Assembly: GCA_050178035.1 (NCBI GenBank)
Contig: JBFXGK010000004.1
Span: 3,009 to 67,008, forward strand
Direction of reading: 5' to 3'
Length of the DNA: 64,000 nt
DNA from: Kiritimatiellia bacterium
GTDB taxonomy: Bacteria; Verrucomicrobiota; Kiritimatiellia; JAKQHR01
The first letter of the stretch is position 1. The number at the start of each line of letters is the position of its first letter. This document shows positions 35,340 to 42,928 of this stretch, in pieces. The position numbers and the translations under genes are program-made. A model generated the notes under the pieces. The model did not search any database, had not been told where the DNA came from, and was given only the letters and a program-made list of their open reading frames with translations.

Positions 35340-36689
35340 TCAGGCAACCGGTTCTTCCTTGAAAGTAATCACCCGCGGCTTGCTCAACTGTTTGCAGAAC
35401 TGATCTGTGACCGTCAGATGCTCGCGGATATTGCCGAGCGTCTTCTGGAACTCATCGGCGGCGGAAATCCCCTTGAGGCCCTGCTCAATGGACGCCTGCA
35501 GCTTGAGCATGTCCTGAATTCCAGAGGCCAGTTTGCCGACTTCGGCCATCTTGGCGGTCAGCTGCAGCGCAGCTTCGGTGGACTTCTGCGAGGACTTGTC
35601 AATGTTCTCCACAACGCCTGAGATGGCGCCCTTCAACGCATCGCCGGCGCCGGCCACACTGTTTTGCAGGCGATCCGCCAGCGCATTCAGCGTGCCTTCA
35701 TAATTCTTAGCCAGGCCGGAGAAGCGGCCCTCGACCATGTTGGCCGCTTTGTCTATCGAACGGGTGAACACCTCATCGTAGCGGTCGGGATCGGGAATAT
35801 AGCGGCGGAAGGCGGCTTCGATGGAGTCTTCCAGGTTCTCAATGACGATCGGCTGCTGGCCCTGCGACGGGAAGCGCGAAAGCAGCATGTCATCAATGTA
35901 GTTGTCAATCTCGCCGAAGAAGTCGGACTCCTTGCGCTGAATGGAGGCCAGCGGGAACATCAGGAAGGACACGAGAATCAGGGCCAGCAGCGTGGTGTCG
36001 AACGCCATGCCCAGACCGGCGGTCACGTTTCCAATGGCCGTCTTAATGGATCCCAGGTCACCGGCGCCCGAAAGAAAGTCGGCGAAACCGGACACGGCAA
36101 AACCGAGGCCCTGCACCGTCCCGATGAAACCCATGATCGGAATAGCCCACACCAGCACGTTCACAATCGAATAGGTGCTCTCCGCTCCGCCCTGATCGTT
36201 TCCGGATTCGGTGCTGTTCCAGCTTGAAACACGGCTGATGTCCTTGGACCCCAGCCAGAGCATGAGAATCCGGTTGATGCGGCTCAAAAGAATGCTCATG
36301 CTGAACTTCGGATGGCTGGAAACTTCGTTCCGAAGTTCCTGAACCTGGTCGTCATCCGTCAGATCAATGGATGGGTTGACAGGGCTCGAAGAAATTACCT
36401 TCGACTGCGCCCGGACGATACGGGATTTCAAGATAAGAAACGTGGCCACCATGAAAAACATGTACAGTTCAAGAAACTGCACCGGGCCACGTTCCCAGAT
36501 GATGGCGTATGTGTAATCCAGCATGCCCGGCTTCCCCTTCAAAGGGAGAACGCCGTAAGACACAGCGGCTGTTCCAACCACGCCCACCAGCAACTGCAGA
36601 AACAAGTTGCAATCCATGTTCGGACGACCTGCCCGAACAGCCACCAGCTCTTCTTTCACCTCAAGCTCAGTAATTTCGTTTTCAGCCAT
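35340..36689 (-). CDS. MotA/TolQ/ExbB proton-channel family protein with about 190-aa C-terminal cytoplasmic tail
   Basis: Channel motifs IPIMGFIGTVQGLGF and GLGMAFDTTLLALILVSFLMFP. 4 predicted TM helices. 449 aa versus about 230-290 typical. GAGAGGA Shine-Dalgarno upstream. Confidence 0.75.
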   Translation of the reverse strand: MAENEITELEVKEELVAVRAGRPNMDCNLFLQLLVGVVGTAAVSYGVLPLKGKPGMLDYTYAIIWERGPVQFLELYMFFMVATFLILKSRIVRAQSKVISSSPVNPSIDLTDDDQVQELRNEVSSHPKFSMSILLSRINRILMLWLGSKDISRVSSWNSTESGNDQGGAESTYSIVNVLVWAIPIMGFIGTVQGLGFAVSGFADFLSGAGDLGSIKTAIGNVTAGLGMAFDTTLLALILVSFLMFPLASIQRKESDFFGEIDNYIDDMLLSRFPSQGQQPIVIENLEDSIEAAFRRYIPDPDRYDEVFTRSIDKAANMVEGRFSGLAKNYEGTLNALADRLQNSVAGAGDALKGAISGVVENIDKSSQKSTEAALQLTAKMAEVGKLASGIQDMLKLQASIEQGLKGISAADEFQKTLGNIREHLTVTDQFCKQLSKPRVITFKEEPVA

Positions 36690-36862
36690 AATGTCCTCTC
36701 CATCTTGTTTCGCATCATTCCTGATGTGAAATCAGGCTTTTTTTTATTGCTTGGGAGAATGTACAAAAAGACAAAAAAGAATAAAAGGGCTTTCTGCTGA
36801 AAAGTTTTGATTATTTTTCCCCCGCGTGCCAATTTCTGTTCCGATTCACGGATGGGCAGCCA

Positions 36863-37840
36863 ATGAATAAATCTTTATCGGTATTCTTTTACGAGGCATT
36901 TCAAGAGGAAGAGCATGCGCTCCGGGCCTGCCTGCCGCCGGAAATCAGTGCCGGCTTCACCTGGAAAAGCATTCAGGAGGCCGGTCACGCGGAACCTCCG
37001 GCACCCATCATCAGCATTCGCACCCAATCATCCATACCCGACGCATGGGCGCGCAGCCTGAAAGGCATCCTCACCCGCAGCGCCGGCTATGACCACGTGG
37101 CCGCGTGGCAAGAAGCCAACCCTGCGGACGTGAAGGCCGGCTATCTGCCGGAATATTGCGTGCGCGCCGTGGCCGAGCAAGCCGCCCTGCTCTGGATGGC
37201 CCTGCTTCGCAAACTTCCGCAGCAGCAGCGGCAGTTTCCCGTTTTCCACCGCGACGGCATCACCGGCCGCGAGTGCGCGGGGAAAAACCTGCTCGTGGCC
37301 GGCGTCGGGCACATCGGCCGCGAAATTGTCAGGCTGGGCCAGTCGCTCAACATGCGGGTCGCCGGCGTGGATATCGTCCAGAAGCACAATGATGTCAGTT
37401 ACACGGACATCGTCTCTGGCCTCAGAACTGCGGATGTCGTGGTCTGCGCCATGAATCTCACGGCCGACAATGCAGCATATTTCAATTATAAGAGGTTCGC
37501 GGATTGCAGGCCGGGCCTGATTTTCGTCAATGTCGCCCGCGGCGAAATGTCTCCGCCGGCCGATTTGCTGCGCCTGCTCGACGAAGGCATTCTCGGAGGC
37601 GTCGGACTGGACGTTTATCCCGACGAGCCCCGAACCGCCATGCTCCTCCGTTCCGGCGAACCGGCCAATGATCCCGTGGTGAATGATCTTCGCGAGCTTT
37701 CCGGCCGTCCGAACGCAATCCTGACGCCCCACAATGCCTTCAACACCGAAGAATCCGTTGAACGAAAATCCGCCCAGAGCGTCCAACAGATTGCGCATTT
37801 TATGGAAACAGGCGGTTTTTTGTGGCCGCTTCCCGGTTGA
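36863..37840 (+). CDS. D-isomer-specific 2-hydroxyacid dehydrogenase family protein
   Basis: NAD motif LLVAGVGHIGREI, NVARG, ILTPHNAF catalytic-His region. Confidence 0.8.
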   Translation: MNKSLSVFFYEAFQEEEHALRACLPPEISAGFTWKSIQEAGHAEPPAPIISIRTQSSIPDAWARSLKGILTRSAGYDHVAAWQEANPADVKAGYLPEYCVRAVAEQAALLWMALLRKLPQQQRQFPVFHRDGITGRECAGKNLLVAGVGHIGREIVRLGQSLNMRVAGVDIVQKHNDVSYTDIVSGLRTADVVVCAMNLTADNAAYFNYKRFADCRPGLIFVNVARGEMSPPADLLRLLDEGILGGVGLDVYPDEPRTAMLLRSGEPANDPVVNDLRELSGRPNAILTPHNAFNTEESVERKSAQSVQQIAHFMETGGFLWPLPG

Positions 37841-37935
37841 GAAGTGTTGACCGCGGCGGCAAAAAACCCCAGTATCCGCGACTTGCTGAAAAAACAAGGC
37901 CTGCCGTGCAGGCCAGGGAATAAGGAAAGGTAAAT

Positions 37936-39102
37936 ATGAACCGTAAATGCAATATTGTTCTGGTCATGGCCCTCTGCGCCGCCGTGATGGCGACCGGGTG
38001 CTCCAAAAAAGAAGAAGCCCCCGCGATTGAAAAATCGCTGACGGCTGACGCCAATCTGTTCGCTCCGCCCGCCATGGGCAGCACGGATCCCAACGCCGTG
38101 GCCGTCACGGTCAACGGCAAGGAAATCAAGCAGGGCGAAGTGGACATGGAAGTCAGCAAGCTGATGATGCGCGCCCAGGGCCGCGTCCCGCCCGAGCGCA
38201 TGATGCAGATGCGCGGCCAGATGGTTGAGGACGTCACCGAGGCGCTGGTGGTCAAGGAACTCCTGGAGAAAGCCATTGACGACGAAGGCATCACCGCCAC
38301 GGACGAGGAAATCGCCGAAGGCCGCGAAAAAGTGGCAGGCATGCTGGAACCCGGCGTAACGCTGGAACAGCAGCTGGCCCAGGTGAACATGTCCGAGGAG
38401 GATTTCAAGAAGTCCCTCATGCTGGACATCCGCATCAACAAGCTCCTGAAGTCCAAGGCCGGCGAAGTTGAAGTCTCCGACGAGAAGGTCAAAGAGTTCT
38501 ACGGGGAAAACGCCGAGCGCTTTGAAGTGCCCGAGAGTGTCACCGCCAGCCACATCCTGCTGATGACCAAGGAAGACGACGATGACGCCGCCAAGGCCGA
38601 GAAGAAGAAAAAGATCGAGGAGCTGCGCCAGCAGATCATTGACGGCGCCGATTTCGCCGAGCTGGCGAAGGAAAATTCCGACTGCCCGAGCAAGGCCCGC
38701 GGCGGCGATCTGGGCACCTTTGGCCGCGGCCAGATGGTCCCCGCCTTTGAGGAAGCCGCCTTCACGCAGGAACTTGGCAAGGTCGGCGATGTCGTCGAGA
38801 CCCAGTTTGGCTATCACCTCATCCTCGTCCAGAAACGCGAACCTGCCCGCACCCTCCCGCTGGAGGAAGTCAGCGAGCGCATCAAGGACGGCCTCAAGAT
38901 GCAGACCCAGCAGGAAGCTGTGAAGGAATACATCGAAAAGCTGAAGGCTGATGCCGATGTCGTCTATGCCGAAGGCAGCGAGCCGGTGGAAATGCCGGTT
39001 CTGGAAGAGCCGATGATCGAGGAAGCCCCGGTCGCCGAAGAGACTGCCCCCGCAGTCGAAGAAGCTGCACCGGCGGTTGAAGAACCCGCCGCAGCGGAAT
39101 AA
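37936..39102 (+). CDS. parvulin-type peptidyl-prolyl isomerase (SurA/PrsA-like), lipoprotein-like
   Basis: Signal plus Cys (MATGCSKK). Chaperone-like N-half. PpiC domain ASHILL...DLGTFGRGQMVPAFEEAAF...FGYHLILV. Confidence 0.85.
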   Translation: MNRKCNIVLVMALCAAVMATGCSKKEEAPAIEKSLTADANLFAPPAMGSTDPNAVAVTVNGKEIKQGEVDMEVSKLMMRAQGRVPPERMMQMRGQMVEDVTEALVVKELLEKAIDDEGITATDEEIAEGREKVAGMLEPGVTLEQQLAQVNMSEEDFKKSLMLDIRINKLLKSKAGEVEVSDEKVKEFYGENAERFEVPESVTASHILLMTKEDDDDAAKAEKKKKIEELRQQIIDGADFAELAKENSDCPSKARGGDLGTFGRGQMVPAFEEAAFTQELGKVGDVVETQFGYHLILVQKREPARTLPLEEVSERIKDGLKMQTQQEAVKEYIEKLKADADVVYAEGSEPVEMPVLEEPMIEEAPVAEETAPAVEEAAPAVEEPAAAE

Positions 39103-39116
39103 GTTTTCGCGAATTC

Positions 39117-39152
39117 AAAGGGGGCGTCCTCACGGACGCCCCCTTTTCTTTT
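39117..39152 (+). terminator. rho-independent terminator after the PPIase gene
   Basis: AAA-GGGGGCGTCC-TCAC-GGACGCCCCC-TTTTCTTTT. 10-bp GC stem plus U-tract, 15 nt after the stop. Confidence 0.8.
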
Positions 39153-39196
39153 GCCCCGCTTGACCCGACCTCCCCTTTCCCGTACTCTCCTTTCCC

Positions 39197-40054
39197 ATGA
39201 GCGCCAACGATTACGAACTGCTGGACAGCGGCAACGGACAGAAGCTCGAACGCTTCGGGCGGATCATCCTTGAACGTCCCTGCGCTCAGGCCGTCTGGGC
39301 CCCGCAAAAGCCGGAACTCTGGAAATCCGCCACCGCCTCCTTCAACCGCAGCGGCGGGATGAAATGGACCGGCCGGGAGGATCTGCCGAAATCATGGGAG
39401 GTCGAGATCAGCGGCATCCGGATGAAACTCTCCTCCACCGACTTCGGTCACCTCGGCGTATTTCCGGAAACCCGGGCCCTCTGGGACTGGATTGAGCAAA
39501 CCATCCGCAAATCATCGGTAGAAAAAAAACGCCAGCTTCAATTTCTGAATCTCTTCGCCTACTCTGGCGGGGCCACGCTGGCCGCGGCGCGGGCCGGCGC
39601 AGCCTGCTGCCATCTCGATGCCTCAAAAGGCATGGTGGACTGGGCGCGCGAAAACGCCGCCCTCAACAATTTGCAGCATGCCCCCGTCCGCTGGATCGTG
39701 GACGACGTGAATAAATTCCTCGGACGCGAAGTCAAACGGGAGCGCCGGTACGATGCGGTGCTCCTCGATCCGCCGTCCTTCGGGCACGGACTCAAGGGCG
39801 AGCTCTATAAAATTGAAAAGGACCTGCTCGACACGCTGGAAAATGTCAGGAGCGTCCTCAGCAGGGATCCCGCGTTCGTCCTGCTCACCTCGCACACGCC
39901 CGGATTCTCTCCGATTGTCCTGCAGAACCTGCTGTCGCAGATTTTCGGACCGGGCTTCCTGCAGTGCGGAGAAATGCTCCTGACCGGCAGGAAGGACATC
40001 TTTGCGGTGCCCAACGGGAACTGGGCGCGCTGGATGCCCGGAAAGCCCGGCTGA
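39197..40054 (+). CDS. class I SAM-dependent methyltransferase (RlmI/RlmK-like, probable RNA methyltransferase)
   Basis: [17 protein letters not shown]-terminus, [18 protein letters not shown] motif I, LLDPPSFG motif IV. Confidence 0.7.
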   Translation: MSANDYELLDSGNGQKLERFGRIILERPCAQAVWAPQKPELWKSATASFNRSGGMKWTGREDLPKSWEVEISGIRMKLSSTDFGHLGVFPETRALWDWIEQTIRKSSVEKKRQLQFLNLFAYSGGATLAAARAGAACCHLDASKGMVDWARENAALNNLQHAPVRWIVDDVNKFLGREVKRERRYDAVLLDPPSFGHGLKGELYKIEKDLLDTLENVRSVLSRDPAFVLLTSHTPGFSPIVLQNLLSQIFGPGFLQCGEMLLTGRKDIFAVPNGNWARWMPGKPG

Positions 40055-40055
40055 C

Positions 40056-40715
40056 ATGCTCGCGAAAGACCAGATTCTGTTCAGCGACAATCATCTGCTC
40101 GCCGTCAGCAAGCCCGGCGGACTGCTCACCCAGCCCAGCGGCACGGAGCAGGACAGCATCGAGGCGCAGGCCAAGGAATGGATCAAAGCGGAATTCAAAA
40201 AACCCGGCGCGGTATTTCTTGAAGCGGTGCACCGCATAGACCGCGAAGTCAGCGGCGTTGTGCTTTTCGCCCGAACCAGCAAGGCGCTGTCGCGGATGAA
40301 CGAACAGATGCGCGAGAAAAAAGTCCGCAAGATTTATCACGCGCTCATTGAACAGCCGCTGCCGAAAAATTCGGGCACGCTCACGCACTGGCTGATTCAC
40401 GGGGATCATCGCGCGCTGGTCGGCTGCGAAACCGATCAGGACGCTAAAGAAGCAATCCTTCATTACCGGGTTCTGGGAACCGCGCGAAAACTGTGGCTGG
40501 TCGAAATACAGCTTGAAACCGGCCGCTATCATCAGATCCGCGCGCAGCTCGCGGCCGAAGGCTGTCCAATCGCAGGCGACTCAAAATACGGCGCAAGCAG
40601 GGATTTTGCTGAAAACTCCATTGCCCTGCATCACCGGCAGCTTGAAGTCATTCATCCGGTTCAAAAAACGCCTTTGACCCTCATTGCGCCCTACCCGCCC
40701 GCCTGGCCGCTGTGA
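40056..40715 (+). CDS. RluA-family pseudouridine synthase
   Basis: HRIDREVSGVVLFART catalytic Asp motif, RYHQIRAQLA. ATG 40056 lies 1 nt after the upstream stop. Confidence 0.85.
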   Translation: MLAKDQILFSDNHLLAVSKPGGLLTQPSGTEQDSIEAQAKEWIKAEFKKPGAVFLEAVHRIDREVSGVVLFARTSKALSRMNEQMREKKVRKIYHALIEQPLPKNSGTLTHWLIHGDHRALVGCETDQDAKEAILHYRVLGTARKLWLVEIQLETGRYHQIRAQLAAEGCPIAGDSKYGASRDFAENSIALHHRQLEVIHPVQKTPLTLIAPYPPAWPL

Positions 40716-40736
40716 GGCCGGAATATCGCGAAAAAT

Positions 40737-40830
40737 GGCGTTTTTTGATGATTTTTGGCCGTTTTTGAGCATTTTTTGGCCAATTATGGCCATTTTTTAC
40801 GATTTTTGGCCGTTTTTTGACGTTTTTCAG
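40737..40830 (+). repeat. phased T-tract array, about 9 units, about 10.3-bp period, filling the convergent spacer
   Basis: T-tract starts at 40741, 40752, 40762, 40772, (40784), 40793, 40803, 40813, 40823. 25-mer identical to 8957-8981. The last unit overlaps the AKR stop codon. Confidence 0.9.
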
Positions 40831-41927
40831 GCCTGCGGAGCCGGAATCCGGCTGACCGCCCTGAGCCGTTCAATGATGGGCAGATGCTGTGTGCAGCGGC
40901 TTTCGCAGAGTCCGCAGGCCGTGCAGGCCCCGGCATCCTTCGCCTGGATGTCCCAATGCCATTTGAGCCGGTCAAGCACGGCGGCATCGGTTCCGGACAG
41001 CATTTTCATATTATAGGAGTCCATGTATTTCGGGATCGGCACGCCCGCCGGGCACGGCAGGCAGTACTGGCAACCGGTGCAGAGCTGATCGAAGGAGTCC
41101 TCGATTTTCCGCTTGAGCTCCTCCATCTCCGCCGCGCTGCAGGGTTTGAAATTCTCAACGGCCGCGACGGCCGCATCCACTTCGGATTCCTCTGCGAAGC
41201 CCACCAGCGCAGCGGTGACGGGTTTTTGGGACAGCAGAAAGCGCAGCGCGGCAGAAACCACATCGCGGTCGTCTTCACGGCGGATGAAATCGAACCGCTT
41301 CGCATGCGCCGGGATCAGTCCGCCCGCCAGCGGATTCATGCAGACGACTCCGATGTTCGCCTCGCCGGCGGCGGCAATGCCCTCCTGCCGGTACGGGAAA
41401 TTGAGCGCGTTGAAGCCGATGGTCATGCCCTCGAAAATATCTTCGCGGATGACGGCGGCCGTCTCCGCGCCGGTCAGGTGCGTGGAGAACACCACATGCT
41501 CCACCAGGCCTTCTTTCTGCGCCTTCAGCGCCGCGGCCACCGCGCCCTTTTCCTTCCGTTCGGCCCAGTCCGCGGGATTCATGAGGCACCAGACGTGGAA
41601 AAAGTGGATGCAGTCCACGCCCAGCCGCTTCAGGGAATTTTCAAGCTGCGCGCGCAGTTCCGCGCCGTCGGGTTTCCCGGATTTCGTGGACAGATAAAAA
41701 GTGCCGGGCTTCATGTCGCGGATGGCGCGGGCAGTGATGTCTTCGCTGCGGTCGCCGCAGTAATACGGCGCGGTGTCGAAATAATTCACGCCCTTTTCAT
41801 AGGCATGCAGCAGAACGCGGGCGGAGCGGCGGACATCATCGTCATTCGCGGGGGTCTTAAACCGCATGGTGCCGGCGCTGATGGCAGAAATGCTTTTGCC
41901 TGTATTCCCGTAAGACCTGAATATCAT
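40827..41927 (-). CDS. aldo/keto reductase with C-terminal 4Fe-4S-binding extension
   Basis: AKR N-terminus (GVNYFDTAPYYCGDRSE). C-terminal CTGCQYCLPCP and CTACGLCESRC ferredoxin-type motifs. Confidence 0.8.
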   Translation of the reverse strand: MIFRSYGNTGKSISAISAGTMRFKTPANDDDVRRSARVLLHAYEKGVNYFDTAPYYCGDRSEDITARAIRDMKPGTFYLSTKSGKPDGAELRAQLENSLKRLGVDCIHFFHVWCLMNPADWAERKEKGAVAAALKAQKEGLVEHVVFSTHLTGAETAAVIREDIFEGMTIGFNALNFPYRQEGIAAAGEANIGVVCMNPLAGGLIPAHAKRFDFIRREDDRDVVSAALRFLLSQKPVTAALVGFAEESEVDAAVAAVENFKPCSAAEMEELKRKIEDSFDQLCTGCQYCLPCPAGVPIPKYMDSYNMKMLSGTDAAVLDRLKWHWDIQAKDAGACTACGLCESRCTQHLPIIERLRAVSRIPAPQA

Positions 41928-42928
41928 TTCACAACTCCCATCACGGTGATTTCCCGGCGGTCATGATACAGCTGCTTGATTTTGAATTCAACATGGCGCT
42001 GAGCGTTCAGAAAATCCTCGAGCGGCTTCACAGCGGCATAGGGATTCTGCTGCGGAATCTTGATGTTGCAGACAAAATATTTCATGCGGCGGACGCCGAT
42101 CCAGCGGCGCAGAAGCCCCAGCACAACGCCGGGCGCGACCAGCATGTCGCTCACCAGCCAGTCCACAGGGCACAGGCCGGGCGGCGGCTCGAAGGTGATG
42201 CCGTTGGCCTTGATGTGGCGCACCTTCCCCCATCCCGGCTCGGAGGGCGGGAGTTTCATCGGGCCGTGATCCACGGCGGTCACGGTGCATCCGCGGCGAA
42301 TCAGCGCATAGGTCCATCCGCCGGGCGCGGCGCCGAGATCAACCGCCGCCTCTTTTTTCTGCGGCTGGCGGCCCATCAAATGGAAGGCCTCCTCGAGCTT
42401 GAGATATGAGCGGGAAGGCGCGCGCGGATCCTGCTGCATGCGCAGCGGCGCTCCCGACTGAGGGACGGGCGCGGCGCACGAATAATAAAGCCCTTTGGGC
42501 GTCAGGCAAAGCTGAAGCACAAGGTCCCTCGACTGGTCATCCATTCGTTCAAAGGCTTCGAGGTGATGTTCACGCGCGACGCGCAGAATCGCTTTTTCGA
42601 TGCCCTTCATGCGCGGGCCGAGGTTTCCGCCCTCCCCGCCGCCTTCTGTGAAAGACTGCACGCTCCACTTCAGACCGGAGCTGATCGCCGGCCCAAGCAT
42701 CCGGCTCACCAGTTCCGCGGTGATGGGCTTCAGGCTGTCATCGGGGACAAATCCCGCCTCCGGCATGCGCCTCCGCTCGAAGATGAATTCCGGAGGAAGA
42801 CGGTTCGCAGACTGCACACCGACCAGGCCGGGCGCAGGACGGGAAAGTTCAACTTCCCCGCGCGCCTTGCGCCTGACTTCGTCGCACAGGGCCTCTTCAA
42901 AGCCCTGCCGGCAGATCAGCAGGTCCAT
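41924..42928 (-). CDS. rlmM: 23S rRNA (cytidine2498-2'-O)-methyltransferase
   Basis: DLGAAPGGWTYALIRRGCTVTAVDHGPM and C-terminal KQLYHDRREITV closely parallel E. coli RlmM. The ATG overlaps the glgP stop (ATGA). Confidence 0.8.
   Translation of the reverse strand: MDLLICRQGFEEALCDEVRRKARGEVELSRPAPGLVGVQSANRLPPEFIFERRRMPEAGFVPDDSLKPITAELVSRMLGPAISSGLKWSVQSFTEGGGEGGNLGPRMKGIEKAILRVAREHHLEAFERMDDQSRDLVLQLCLTPKGLYYSCAAPVPQSGAPLRMQQDPRAPSRSYLKLEEAFHLMGRQPQKKEAAVDLGAAPGGWTYALIRRGCTVTAVDHGPMKLPPSEPGWGKVRHIKANGITFEPPPGLCPVDWLVSDMLVAPGVVLGLLRRWIGVRRMKYFVCNIKIPQQNPYAAVKPLEDFLNAQRHVEFKIKQLYHDRREITVMGVVK

Noticed and set aside
32015-36689. Zorya-type anti-phage system (a MotA-like protein with a long tail recalls ZorA).
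   Set aside because: There is no ZorB-type peptidoglycan-binding MotB homologue and no ZorC/ZorD (nuclease/helicase) genes. The tail is much shorter than in ZorA. The context is envelope biogenesis, not a defence island.
37615-38817. 400-aa minus-strand ORF (and the nested 230-aa ORF at 37800-38492).
   Set aside because: It is antisense to the parvulin PPIase and the end of the 2-hydroxyacid dehydrogenase gene. It is a repetitive Gly/Leu/Ala/His-rich translation without motifs.
39160-39188. Sigma70-like promoter TTGACC-17 nt-TACTCT upstream of the methyltransferase gene.
   Set aside because: It would leave a leader of about 2-8 nt before ATG 39197 and the -10 is weak. This is too speculative to list as a feature.
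40884-41966. 360-aa plus-strand ORF. Similar shadows are 60902-62026 (-), 20146-21156 (-), 15200-16201 (+), 12897-13697 (+), 9329-10210 (-), 37028-37897 (-), 29697-30515 (+) and 30701-31651 (+).
   Set aside because: All are antisense to genes with clear family motifs (AKR, fusion oxidoreductase, FloA, nucleotidase, TrkA, FolE, 2-HADH, GspD, LpxA). All show shadow-ORF composition.
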